Positions 9,048 through 22,440 of a stretch of DNA of 64,000 nucleotides are shown in pieces. The notes beneath the pieces are model-generated. The model was not told the DNA's origin. It worked only from the letters and a program-made list of their open reading frames with translations, and searched no databases. The DNA comes from Eledone cirrhosa (Eukaryota): contig OZ024743.1 in the NCBI GenBank assembly GCA_964016885.1, positions 233,988,001 to 234,052,000 on the forward strand. Reading direction: 5' to 3'. Position 1 is the first letter of the stretch. Each line of letters begins with the position of its first letter. The translations under genes were made by a program, and so were the position numbers.

Positions 9048-12000
9048 AGCTGACTTTGTTGACGTTTAACACGGTTTGGTTCCACAGCCACAACTATTGA
9101 TTTTAAGGAGATATCTTGCTGAAATTCACGCCACACATAGCCAATGAGTGTCTGCACATGTACCAGTAATTACAGATCGATCCGACCACGGGCGGCCGGC
9201 CCGCGATTGAAAAGGTAACTCCGCCGGCAAATCGTCATTTTTGGATTCGTTTTCTTCGAAGCACACCATTCGCCGGCGGACTTTGTTGACGTTTAACACG
9301 GTTTGGTTCCACAGCCACAACTATTGATTTTACGGAGATATCTTGCTGAAATTCACGCCACACATAGCCAATGAGTGTCTTCACATGTACCAGTAATTAC
9401 AGATCGATCCGACCACGGGCGGCCGGCCCGCGATTGAAAAGGTAACTCCGCCGGCAAATCGTCATTTTTGGATTCGTTTTCTTCGAAGCACACCATTCGC
9501 CGGCGGACTTTGTTGACGTTTAACACGGTTTGGTTCCACAGCCACAACTATTGATTTTACGGAGATATCTTGCTGAAATTCACGCCACACATAGCCAATG
9601 AGTCTCTGCACATGTACCATTAATTACAGATCGATCCGACCACGGGCGGTCGGTTTGCGATTGAAAAGGTAACTCCGCCGGCAAATCGTCATTTTTGGAT
9701 TCGTTTTCTTCGAAGCACACCATTCGCCGGCTGACTTTGTTGACGTTTAACACGGTTTGGTTCCACAGCCACAACTATTGATTTTAAGGAGATATCTTGC
9801 TGAAATTCACGCCACACATAGCCAATGAGTGTCTGCACAGGTACCAGTAATTACAGATCGATCCGACCACGGGCGGCCGGCCCGCGATTGAAAAGGTAAC
9901 TCCGCCGGCAAATCGTCATTTTTGGATTCGTTTTCTTCGAAGCACACCATTCGCCGGCGGACTTTGTTGACGTTTAACACGGTTTGGTTCCACAGCCACA
10001 ACTATTGATTTTACGGAGATATCTTGCTGAAATTCACGCCACACATAGCCAATGAGTGTCTGCACATGTATCAGTAATTACAGATCGATCCGACCACGGG
10101 CGGCCGGCCCGCGATTGAAAAGGTAACTCCGCCGGCAAATCGTCATTTTTGGATTCGTTTTCTTCGAAGCACACCATTCGCCGGCGGACTTTGTTGACGT
10201 TTAACACGGTTTGGTTCCACAGCCACAACTATTGATTTTACGGAGATATCTTGCTGAAATTCACGCCACACATAGCCAATGAGTGTCTGCACATGTACCA
10301 GTAATTACAGATCGATCCGACCACGGGCGGCCGGCCCGCGATTGAAAAGGTAACTCCGCCGGCAAATCGTCATTTTTGGATTCGTTTTCTTCGAAGCACA
10401 CCATTCGCCGGCTGACTTTGTTGATGTTTAACACGGTTTGGTTCCACAGCCACAACTATTGATTTTAAGGAGATATCTTGCTGAAATTCACGCCACACAT
10501 AGCCAATGAGTGTCTGCACAGGTACCAGTAATTACAGATCGATCCGACCACGGGCGGCCGGCCCGCTATTGAAAAGGTAACTCCGCCGGCAAATCGTCAT
10601 TTTTGGATTCGTTTTCTTCGAAGCACACCATTCGCCGGCGGACTTTGTTGACGTTTAACACGGTTTGGTTCCACAGCCACAACTATTGATTTTACGGAGA
10701 TATCTTGCTGAAATTCACGCCACACATAGCCAATGAGTGTCTGCACATGTACCAGTAATTACAGATCGATCCGACCACGGGCGGTCGGTTTGCGATTGAA
10801 AAGGTAACTCCGCCGGCAAATCGTCATTTTTGGATTCGTTTTCTTCGAAGCACACCATTCGCCGGCTGACTTTGTTGACGTTTAACACGGTTTGGTTCCA
10901 CAGCCACAACTATTGATTTTACGGAGATATCTTGCTGAAATTCACGCCACACATAGCCAATGAGTGTCTGCACATGTACCAGTAATTACAGATCGATCCG
11001 ACCACGGGCGGTCGGTTTGCGATTGAAAAGGTAACTCCGCCGGCAAATCGTCATTTTTGGATTCGTTTTCTTCGAAGCACACCATTCGCCGGCGGACTTT
11101 GTTGACGTTTAACACGGTTTGGTTCCACAGCCACAACTATTGATTTTACGGAGATATCTTGCTGAAATTCACGCCACACATAGCCAATGAGTGTCTGCAC
11201 ATGTATCAGTAATTACAGATCGATCCGACCACGGGCGGCCGGCCCGCGATTGAAAAGGTAACTCCGCCGGCAAATCGTCATTTTTGGATTCGTTTTCTTC
11301 GAAGCACACCATTCGCCGGCGGACTTTGTTGACGTTTAACACGGTTTGGTTCCACAGCCACAACTATTGATTTTACGGAGATATCTTGCTGAAATTCACG
11401 CCACACATAGCCAATGAGTGTCTGCACATGTACCAGTAATTACAGATCGATCCGACCACGGGCGGCCGGCCCGCGATTGAAAAGGTAACTCCGCCGGCAA
11501 ATCGTCATTTTTGGATTCGTTTTCTTCGAAGCACACCATTCGCCGGCGGACTTTGTTGACGTTTAACACGGTTTGGTTCCACAGCCACAACTATTGATTT
11601 TACGGAGATATCTTGCTGAAATTCACGCCACACATAGCCAATGAGTCTCTGCACATGTACCATTAATTACAGATCGATCCGACCACGGGCGGTCGGTTTG
11701 CGATTGAAAAGGTAACTCCGCCGGCAAATCGTCATTTTTGGATTCGTTTTCTTCGAAGCACACCATTCGCCAGCTGACTTTGTTGACGTTTAACACGGTT
11801 TGGTTCCACAGCCACAACTATTGATTTTAAGGAGATATCTTGCTGAAATTCACGCCACACATAGCCAATGAGTGTCTGCACATGTACCAGTAATTACAGA
11901 TCGATCCGACCACGGGCGGCCGGCCCGCGATTGAAAAGGTAACTCCGCCGGCAAATCGTCATTTTTGGATTCGTTTTCTTCGAAGCACACCATTCGCCGG

Positions 12001-14495
12001 CGGACTTTGTTGACGTTTAACACGGTTTGGTTCCACAGCCACAACTATTGATTTTACGGAGATATCTTGCTGAAATTCACGCCACACATAGCCAATGAGT
12101 GTCTTCACATGTACCAGTAATTACAGATCGATCCGACCACGGGCGGCCGGCCCGCGATTGAAAAGGTAACTCCGCCGGCAAATCGTCATTTTTGGATTCG
12201 TTTTCTTCGAAGCACACCATTCGCCGGCGGACTTTGTTGACGTTTAACACGGTTTGGTTCCACAGCCACAACTATTGATTTTACGGAGATATCTTGCTGA
12301 AATTCACGCCACACATAGCCAATGAGTCTCTGCACATGTACCATTAATTACAGATCGATCCGACCACGGGCGGTCGGTTTGCGATTGAAAAGGTAACTCC
12401 GCCGGCAAATCGTCATTTTTGGATTCGTTTTCTTCGAAGCACACCATTCGCCGGCTGACTTTGTTGACGTTTAACACGGTTTGGTTCCACAGCCACAACT
12501 ATTGATTTTAAGGAGATATCTTGCTGAAATTCACGCCACACATAGCCAATGAGTGTCTGCACAGGTACCAGTAATTACAGATCGATCCGACCACGGGCGG
12601 CCGGCCCGCGATTGAAAAGGTAACTCCGCCGGCAAATCGTCATTTTTGGATTCGTTTTCTTCGAAGCACACCATTCGCCGGCGGACTTTGTTGACGTTTA
12701 ACACGGTTTGGTTCCACAGCCACAACTATTGATTTTACGGAGATATCTTGCTGAAATTCACGCCACACATAGCCAATGAGTGTCTGCACATGTATCAGTA
12801 ATTACAGATCGATCCGACCACGGGCGGCCGGCCCGCGATTGAAAAGGTAACTCCGCCGGCAAATCGTCATTTTTGGATTCGTTTTCTTCGAAGCACACCA
12901 TTCGCCGGCGGACTTTGTTGACGTTTAACACGGTTTGGTTCCACAGCCACAACTATTGATTTTACGGAGATATCTTGCTGAAATTCACGCCACACATAGC
13001 CAATGAGTGTCTGCACATGTACCAGTAATTACAGATCGATCCGACCACGGGCGGCCGGCCCGCGATTGAAAAGGTAACTCCGCCGGCAAATCGTCATTTT
13101 TGGATTCGTTTTCTTCGAAGCACACCATTCGCCGGCTGACTTTGTTGATGTTTAACACGGTTTGGTTCCACAGCCACAACTATTGATTTTAAGGAGATAT
13201 CTTGCTGAAATTCACGCCACACATAGCCAATGAGTGTCTGCACAGGTACCAGTAATTACAGATCGATCCGACCACGGGCGGCCGGCCCGCTATTGAAAAG
13301 GTAACTCCGCCGGCAAATCGTCATTTTTGGATTCGTTTTCTTCGAAGCACACCATTCGCCGGCGGACTTTGTTGACGTTTAACACGGTTTGGTTCCACAG
13401 CCACAACTATTGATTTTACGGAGATATCTTGCTGAAATTCACGCCACACATAGCCAATGAGTGTCTGCACATGTACCAGTAATTACAGATCGATCCGACC
13501 ACGGGCGGTCGGTTTGCGATTGAAAAGGTAACTCCGCCGGCAAATCGTCATTTTTGGATTCGTTTTCTTCGAAGCACACCATTCGCCGGCTGACTTTGTT
13601 GACGTTTAACACGGTTTGGTTCCACAGCCACAACTATTGATTTTACGGAGATATCTTGCTGAAATTCACGCCACACATAGCCAATGAGTGTCTGCACATG
13701 TACCAGTAATTACAGATCGATCCGACCACGGGCGGTCGGTTTGCGATTGAAAAGGTAACTCCGCCGGCAAATCGTCATTTTTGGATTCGTTTTCTTCGAA
13801 GCACACCATTCGCCGGCGGACTTTGTTGACGTTTAACACGGTTTGGTTCCACAGCCACAACTATTGATTTTACGGAGATATCTTGCTGAAATTCACGCCA
13901 CACATAGCCAATGAGTGTCTGCACATGTATCAGTAATTACAGATCGATCCGACCACGGGCGGCCGGCCCGCGATTGAAAAGGTAACTCCGCCGGCAAATC
14001 GTCATTTTTGGATTCGTTTTCTTCGAAGCACACCATTCGCCGGCGGACTTTGTTGACGTTTAACACGGTTTGGTTCCACAGCCACAACTATTGATTTTAC
14101 GGAGATATCTTGCTGAAATTCACGCCACACATAGCCAATGAGTGTCTGCACATGTACCAGTAATTACAGATCGATCCGACCACGGGCGGCCGGCCCGCGA
14201 TTGAAAAGGTAACTCCGCCGGCAAATCGTCATTTTTGGATTCGTTTTCTTCGAAGCACACCATTCGCCGGCGGACTTTGTTGACGTTTAACACGGTTTGG
14301 TTCCACAGCCACAACTATTGATTTTACGGAGATATCTTGCTGAAATTCACGCCACACATAGCCAATGAGTCTCTGCACATGTACCATTAATTACAGATCG
14401 ATCCGACCACGGGCGGTCGGTTTGCGATTGAAAAGGTAACTCCGCCGGCAAATCGTCATTTTTGGATTCGTTTTCTTCGAAGCACACCATTCGCC
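8940..14495 (+). repeat. Tandem duplication of a 12-monomer block (period 2724 bp)
   Basis: Private variants GCCAGCTG (9048/11772) and TCTTCACA (9381/12105) recur 12x227 apart, and the monomer order between them matches. Confidence 0.92.
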
Positions 14496-15880
14496 GGCGG
14501 ACTTTGTTGACGTTTAACACGGTTTGGTTCCACAGCCACAACTATTGATTTTACGGAGATATCTTGCTGAAATTCACGCCACACATAGCCAATGAGTGTC
14601 TGCACATGTATCAGTAATTACAGATCGATCCGACCACGGGCGGCCGGCCCGCGATTGAAAAGGTAACTCCGCCGGCAAATCGTCATTTTTGGATTCGTTT
14701 TCTTCGAAGCACACCATTCGCCGGCTGACTTTGTTGACGTTTAACACGGTTTGGTTCCACAGCCACAACTATTGATTTTACGGAGATATCTTGCTGAAAT
14801 TCACGCCACACATAGCCAATGAGTGTCTGCACATGTACCAGTAATTACAGATCGATCCGACCACGGGCGGTCGGTTTGCGATTGAAAAGGTAACTCCGCC
14901 GGCAAATCGTCATTTTTGGATTCGTTTTCTTCGAAGCACACCATTCGCCGGCGGACTTTGTTGACGTTTAACACGGTTTGGTTCCACAGCCACAACTATT
15001 GATTTTACGGAGATATCTTGCTGAAATTCACGCCACACATAGCCAATGAGTGTCTGCACATGTATCAGTAATTACAGATCGATCCGACCACGGGCGGCCG
15101 GCCCGCGATTGAAAAGGTAACTCCGCCGGCAAATCGTCATTTTTGGATTCGTTTTCTTCGAAGCACACCATTCGCCGGCGGACTTTGTTGACGTTTAACA
15201 CGGTTTGGTTCCACAGCCACAACTATTGATTTTACGGAGATATCTTGCTGAAATTCACGCCACACATAGCCAATGAGTGTCTGCACATGTACCAGTAATT
15301 ACAGATCGATCCGACCACGGGCGGCCGGCCCGCGATTGAAAAGGTAACTCCGCCGGCAAATCGTCATTTTTGGATTCGTTTTCTTCGAAGCACACCATTC
15401 GCCGGCGGACTTTGTTGACGTTTAACACGGTTTGGTTCCACAGCCACAACTATTGATTTTACGGAGATATCTTGCTGAAATTCACGCCACACATAGCCAA
15501 TGAGTCTCTGCACATGTACCATTAATTACAGATCGATCCGACCACGGGCGGTCGGTTTGCGATTGAAAAGGTAACTCCGCCGGCAAATCGTCATTTTTGG
15601 ATTCGTTTTCTTCGAAGCACACCATTCGCCGGCGGACTTTGTTGACGTTTAACACGGTTTGGTTCCACAGCCACAACTATTGATTTTACGGAGATATCTT
15701 GCTGAAATTCACGCCACACATAGCCAATGAGTGTCTGCACATGTATCAGTAATTACAGATCGATCCGACCACGGGCGGCCGGCCCGCGATTGAAAAGGTA
15801 ACTCCGCCGGCAAATCGTCATTTTTGGATTCGTTTTCTTCGAAGCACACCATTCGCCGGCGGACTTTGTTGACGTTTAAC
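13617..15880 (+). repeat. Short 5-monomer duplication (period 1135 bp)
   Basis: The ORF-track type order QTD, ITD, consensus, ING/E, ITD at 13666-14574 is repeated at 14801-15709. The fifth monomers differ at one site. Confidence 0.7.
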
Positions 15881-18800
15881 ACGGTTTGGTTCCACAGCCA
15901 CAACTATTGATTTTACGGAGATATCTTGCTGAAATTCACGCCACACATAGCCAATGAGTGTCTGCACATGTACAAGTAATTACAGATCGATCCGACCACG
16001 GGCGGCCGGCCCGCGATTGAAAAGGTAACTCCGCCGGCAAATCGTCATTTTTGGATTCGTTTTCTTCGAAGCACACCATTCGCCGGCGGACTTTGTTGAC
16101 GTTTAACACGGTTTGGTTCCACAGCCACAACTATTGATTTTACGGAGATATCTTGCTGAAATTCACGCCACACATAGCCAATGAGTGTCTGCACATGTAC
16201 CAGTAATTACAGATCGATCCGACCACGGGCGGCCGGCCCGCGATTGAAAAGGTAACTCCGCCGGCAAATCGTCATTTTTGGATTCGTTTTCTTCGAAGCA
16301 CACCATTCGCCGGCGGACTTTGTTGACGTTTAACACGGTTTGGTTCCACAGCCACAACTATTGATTTTACGGAGATATCTTGCTGAAATTCACGCCACAC
16401 ATAGCCAATGAGTCTCTGCACATGTACCATTAATTACAGATCGATCCGACCACGGGCGGTCGGTTTGCGATTGAAAAGGTAACTCCGCCGGCAAATCGTC
16501 ATTTTTGGATTCGTTTTCTTCGAAGCACACCATTCGCCGGCTGACTTTGTTGACGTTTAACACGGTTTGGTTCCACAGCCACAACTATTGATTTTAAGGA
16601 GATATCTTGCTGAAATTCACGCCACACATAGCCAATGAGTGTCTGCACAGGTACCAGTAATTACAGATCGATCCGACCACGGGCGGCCGGCCCGCGATTG
16701 AAAAGGTAACTCCGCCGGCAAATCGTCATTTTTGGATTCGTTTTCTTCGAAGCACACCATTCGCCGGCGGACTTTGTTGACGTTTAACACGGTTTGGTTA
16801 CACAGCCACAACTATTGATTTTACGGAGATATCTTGCTGAAATTCACGCCACACATAGCCAATGAGTGTCTGCACATGTACCAGTAATTACAGATCGATC
16901 CGACCACGGGCGGCCGGCCCGCGATTGAAAAGGTAACTCCGCCGGCAAATCGTCATTTTTGGATTCGTTTTCTTCGAAGCACACCATTCGCCGGCGGACT
17001 TTGTTGACGTTTAACACGGTTTGGTTCCACAGCCACAACTATTGATTTTACGGAGATATCTTGCTGAAATTCACGCCACACATAGCCAATGAGTGTCTGC
17101 ACATGTACCAGTAATTACAGATCGATCCGACCACGGGCGGCCGGCCCGCGATTGAAAAGGTAACTCCGCCGGCAAATCGTCATTTTTGGATTCGTTTTCT
17201 TCGAAGCACACCATTCGCCGGCTGACTTTGTTGATGTTTAACACGGTTTGGTTCCACAGCCACAACTATTGATTTTAAGGAGATATCTTGCTGAAATTCA
17301 CGCCACACATAGCCAATGAGTGTCTGCACAGGTACCAGTAATTACAGATCGATCCGACCACGGGCGGCCGGCCCGCTATTGAAAAGGTAACTCCGCCGGC
17401 AAATCGTCATTTTTGGATTCGTTTTCTTCGAAGCACACCATTCGCCGGCGGACTTTGTTGACGTTTAACACGGTTTGGTTCCACAGCCACAACTATTGAT
17501 TTTACGGAGATATCTTGCTGAAATTCACGCCACACATAGCCAATGAGTGTCTGCACATGTACCAGTAATTACAGATCGATCCGACCACGGGCGGCCGGCC
17601 CGCGATTGAAAAGGTAACTCCGCCGGCAAATCGTCATTTTTGGATTCGTTTTCTTCGAAGCACACCATTCGCCGGCGGACTTTGTTGACGTTTAACACGG
17701 TTTGGTTCCACAGCCACAACTATTGATTTTACGGAGATATCTTGCTGAAATTCACGCCACACATAGCCAATGAGTGTCTGCACATGTACAAGTAATTACA
17801 GATCGATCCGACCACGGGCGGCCGGCCCGCGATTGAAAAGGTAACTCCGCCGGCAAATCGTCATTTTTGGATTCGTTTTCTTCGAAGCACACCATTCGCC
17901 GGCGGACTTTGTTGACGTTTAACACGGTTTGGTTCCACAGCCACAACTATTGATTTTACGGAGATATCTTGCTGAAATTCACGCCACACATAGCCAATGA
18001 GTGTCTGCACATGTACCAGTAATTACAGATCGATCCGACCACGGGCGGCCGGCCCGCGATTGAAAAGGTAACTCCGCCGGCAAATCGTCATTTTTGGATT
18101 CGTTTTCTTCGAAGCACACCATTCGCCGGCGGACTTTGTTGACGTTTAACACGGTTTGGTTCCACAGCCACAACTATTGATTTTACGGAGATATCTTGCT
18201 GAAATTCACGCCACACATAGCCAATGAGTCTCTGCACATGTACCATTAATTACAGATCGATCCGACCACGGGCGGTCGGTTTGCGATTGAAAAGGTAACT
18301 CCGCCGGCAAATCGTCATTTTTGGATTCGTTTTCTTCGAAGCACACCATTCGCCGGCTGACTTTGTTGACGTTTAACACGGTTTGGTTCCACAGCCACAA
18401 CTATTGATTTTAAGGAGATATCTTGCTGAAATTCACGCCACACATAGCCAATGAGTGTCTGCACAGGTACCAGTAATTACAGATCGATCCGACCACGGGC
18501 GGCCGGCCCGCGATTGAAAAGGTAACTCCGCCGGCAAATCGTCATTTTTGGATTCGTTTTCTTCGAAGCACACCATTCGCCGGCGGACTTTGTTGACGTT
18601 TAACACGGTTTGGTTACACAGCCACAACTATTGATTTTACGGAGATATCTTGCTGAAATTCACGCCACACATAGCCAATGAGTGTCTGCACATGTACCAG
18701 TAATTACAGATCGATCCGACCACGGGCGGCCGGCCCGCGATTGAAAAGGTAACTCCGCCGGCAAATCGTCATTTTTGGATTCGTTTTCTTCGAAGCACAC

Positions 18801-21800
18801 CATTCGCCGGCGGACTTTGTTGACGTTTAACACGGTTTGGTTCCACAGCCACAACTATTGATTTTACGGAGATATCTTGCTGAAATTCACGCCACACATA
18901 GCCAATGAGTGTCTGCACATGTACCAGTAATTACAGATCGATCCGACCACGGGCGGCCGGCCCGCGATTGAAAAGGTAACTCCGCCGGCAAATCGTCATT
19001 TTTGGATTCGTTTTCTTCGAAGCACACCATTCGCCGGCGGACTTTGTTGACGTTTAACACGGTTTGGTTCCACAGCCACAACTATTGATTTTACGGAGAT
19101 ATCTTGCTGAAATTCACGCCACACATAGCCAATGAGTGTCTGCACATGTATCAGTAATTACAGATCGATCCGACCACGGGCGGCCGGCCCGCGATTGAAA
19201 AGGTAACTCCGCCGGCAAATCGTCATTTTTGGATTCGTTTTCTTCGAAGCACACCATTCGCCGGCGGACTTTGTTGACGTTTAACACGGTTTGGTTCCAC
19301 AGCCACAACTATTGATTTTACGGAGATATCTTGCTGAAATTCACGCCACACATAGCCAATGAGTGTCTGCACATGTACAAGTAATTACAGATCGATCCGA
19401 CCACGGGCGGCCGGCCCGCGATTGAAAAGGTAACTCCGCCGGCAAATCGTCATTTTTGGATTCGTTTTCTTCGAAGCACACCATTCGCCGGCGGACTTTG
19501 TTGACGTTTAACACGGTTTGGTTCCACAGCCACAACTATTGATTTTACGGAGATATCTTGCTGAAATTCACGCCACACATAGCCAATGAGTGTCTGCACA
19601 TGTACCAGTAATTACAGATCGATCCGACCACGGGCGGCCGGCCCGCGATTGAAAAGGTAACTCCGCCGGCAAATCGTCATTTTTGGATTCGTTTTCTTCG
19701 AAGCACACCATTCGCCGGCGGACTTTGTTGACGTTTAACACGGTTTGGTTCCACAGCCACAACTATTGATTTTACGGAGATATCTTGCTGAAATTCACGC
19801 CACACATAGCCAATGAGTCTCTGCACATGTACCATTAATTACAGATCGATCCGACCACGGGCGGTCGGTTTGCGATTGAAAAGGTAACTCCGCCGGCAAA
19901 TCGTCATTTTTGGATTCGTTTTCTTCGAAGCACACCATTCGCCGGCTGACTTTGTTGACGTTTAACACGGTTTGGTTCCACAGCCACAACTATTGATTTT
20001 AAGGAGATATCTTGCTGAAATTCACGCCACACATAGCCAATGAGTGTCTGCACAGGTACCAGTAATTACAGATCGATCCGACCACGGGCGGCCGGCCCGC
20101 GATTGAAAAGGTAACTCCGCCGGCAAATCGTCATTTTTGGATTCGTTTTCTTCGAAGCACACCATTCGCCGGCGGACTTTGTTGACGTTTAACACGGTTT
20201 GGTTACACAGCCACAACTATTGATTTTACGGAGATATCTTGCTGAAATTCACGCCACACATAGCCAATGAGTGTCTGCACATGTACCAGTAATTACAGAT
20301 CGATCCGACCACGGGCGGCCGGCCCGCGATTGAAAAGGTAACTCCGCCGGCAAATCGTCATTTTTGGATTCGTTTTCTTCGAAGCACACCATTCGCCGGC
20401 GGACTTTGTTGACGTTTAACACGGTTTGGTTCCACAGCCACAACTATTGATTTTACGGAGATATCTTGCTGAAATTCACGCCACACATAGCCAATGAGTG
20501 TCTGCACATGTACCAGTAATTACAGATCGATCCGACCACGGGCGGCCGGCCCGCGATTGAAAAGGTAACTCCGCCGGCAAATCGTCATTTTTGGATTCGT
20601 TTTCTTCGAAGCACACCATTCGCCGGCTGACTTTGTTGATGTTTAACACGGTTTGGTTCCACAGCCACAACTATTGATTTTAAGGAGATATCTTGCTGAA
20701 ATTCACGCCACACATAGCCAATGAGTGTCTGCACAGGTACCAGTAATTACAGATCGATCCGACCACGGGCGGCCGGCCCGCTATTGAAAAGGTAACTCCG
20801 CCGGCAAATCGTCATTTTTGGATTCGTTTTCTTCGAAGCACACCATTCGCCGGCGGACTTTGTTGACGTTTAACACGGTTTGGTTCCACAGCCACAACTA
20901 TTGATTTTACGGAGATATCTTGCTGAAATTCACGCCACACATAGCCAATGAGTGTCTGCACATGTACCAGTAATTACAGATCGATCCGACCACGGGCGGC
21001 CGGCCCGCGATTGAAAAGGTAACTCCGCCGGCAAATCGTCATTTTTGGATTCGTTTTCTTCGAAGCACACCATTCGCCGGCGGACTTTGTTGACGTTTAA
21101 CACGGTTTGGTTCCACAGCCACAACTATTGATTTTACGGAGATATCTTGCTGAAATTCACGCCACACATAGCCAATGAGTGTCTGCACATGTACAAGTAA
21201 TTACAGATCGATCCGACCACGGGCGGCCGGCCCGCGATTGAAAAGGTAACTCCGCCGGCAAATCGTCATTTTTGGATTCGTTTTCTTCGAAGCACACCAT
21301 TCGCCGGCGGACTTTGTTGACGTTTAACACGGTTTGGTTCCACAGCCACAACTATTGATTTTACGGAGATATCTTGCTGAAATTCACGCCACACATAGCC
21401 AATGAGTGTCTGCACATGTACCAGTAATTACAGATCGATCCGACCACGGGCGGCCGGCCCGCGATTGAAAAGGTAACTCCGCCGGCAAATCGTCATTTTT
21501 GGATTCGTTTTCTTCGAAGCACACCATTCGCCGGCGGACTTTGTTGACGTTTAACACGGTTTGGTTCCACAGCCACAACTATTGATTTTACGGAGATATC
21601 TTGCTGAAATTCACGCCACACATAGCCAATGAGTCTCTGCACATGTACCATTAATTACAGATCGATCCGACCACGGGCGGTCGGTTTGCGATTGAAAAGG
21701 TAACTCCGCCGGCAAATCGTCATTTTTGGATTCGTTTTCTTCGAAGCACACCATTCGCCGGCTGACTTTGTTGACGTTTAACACGGTTTGGTTCCACAGC

Positions 21801-22440
21801 CACAACTATTGATTTTAAGGAGATATCTTGCTGAAATTCACGCCACACATAGCCAATGAGTGTCTGCACAGGTACCAGTAATTACAGATCGATCCGACCA
21901 CGGGCGGCCGGCCCGCGATTGAAAAGGTAACTCCGCCGGCAAATCGTCATTTTTGGATTCGTTTTCTTCGAAGCACACCATTCGCCGGCGGACTTTGTTG
22001 ACGTTTAACACGGTTTGGTTACACAGCCACAACTATTGATTTTACGGAGATATCTTGCTGAAATTCACGCCACACATAGCCAATGAGTGTCTGCACATGT
22101 ACCAGTAATTACAGATCGATCCGACCACGGGCGGCCGGCCCGCGATTGAAAAGGTAACTCCGCCGGCAAATCGTCATTTTTGGATTCGTTTTCTTCGAAG
22201 CACACCATTCGCCGGCGGACTTTGTTGACGTTTAACACGGTTTGGTTCCACAGCCACAACTATTGATTTTACGGAGATATCTTGCTGAAATTCACGCCAC
22301 ACATAGCCAATGAGTGTCTGCACATGTACCAGTAATTACAGATCGATCCGACCACGGGCGGCCGGCCCGCGATTGAAAAGGTAACTCCGCCGGCAAATCG
22401 TCATTTTTGGATTCGTTTTCTTCGAAGCACACCATTCGCC
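15660..22440 (+). repeat. 15-monomer duplication (3405 bp) containing a nested 8-monomer duplication (1816 bp)
   Basis: The private GGTTACAC variant is at 16800, 18616, 20205 and 22021 (spacings 8, 7, 8 monomers). The GTACAAG monomers (ORF starts 15936, 17752, 19341, 21157) follow the same spacing. Confidence 0.88.
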
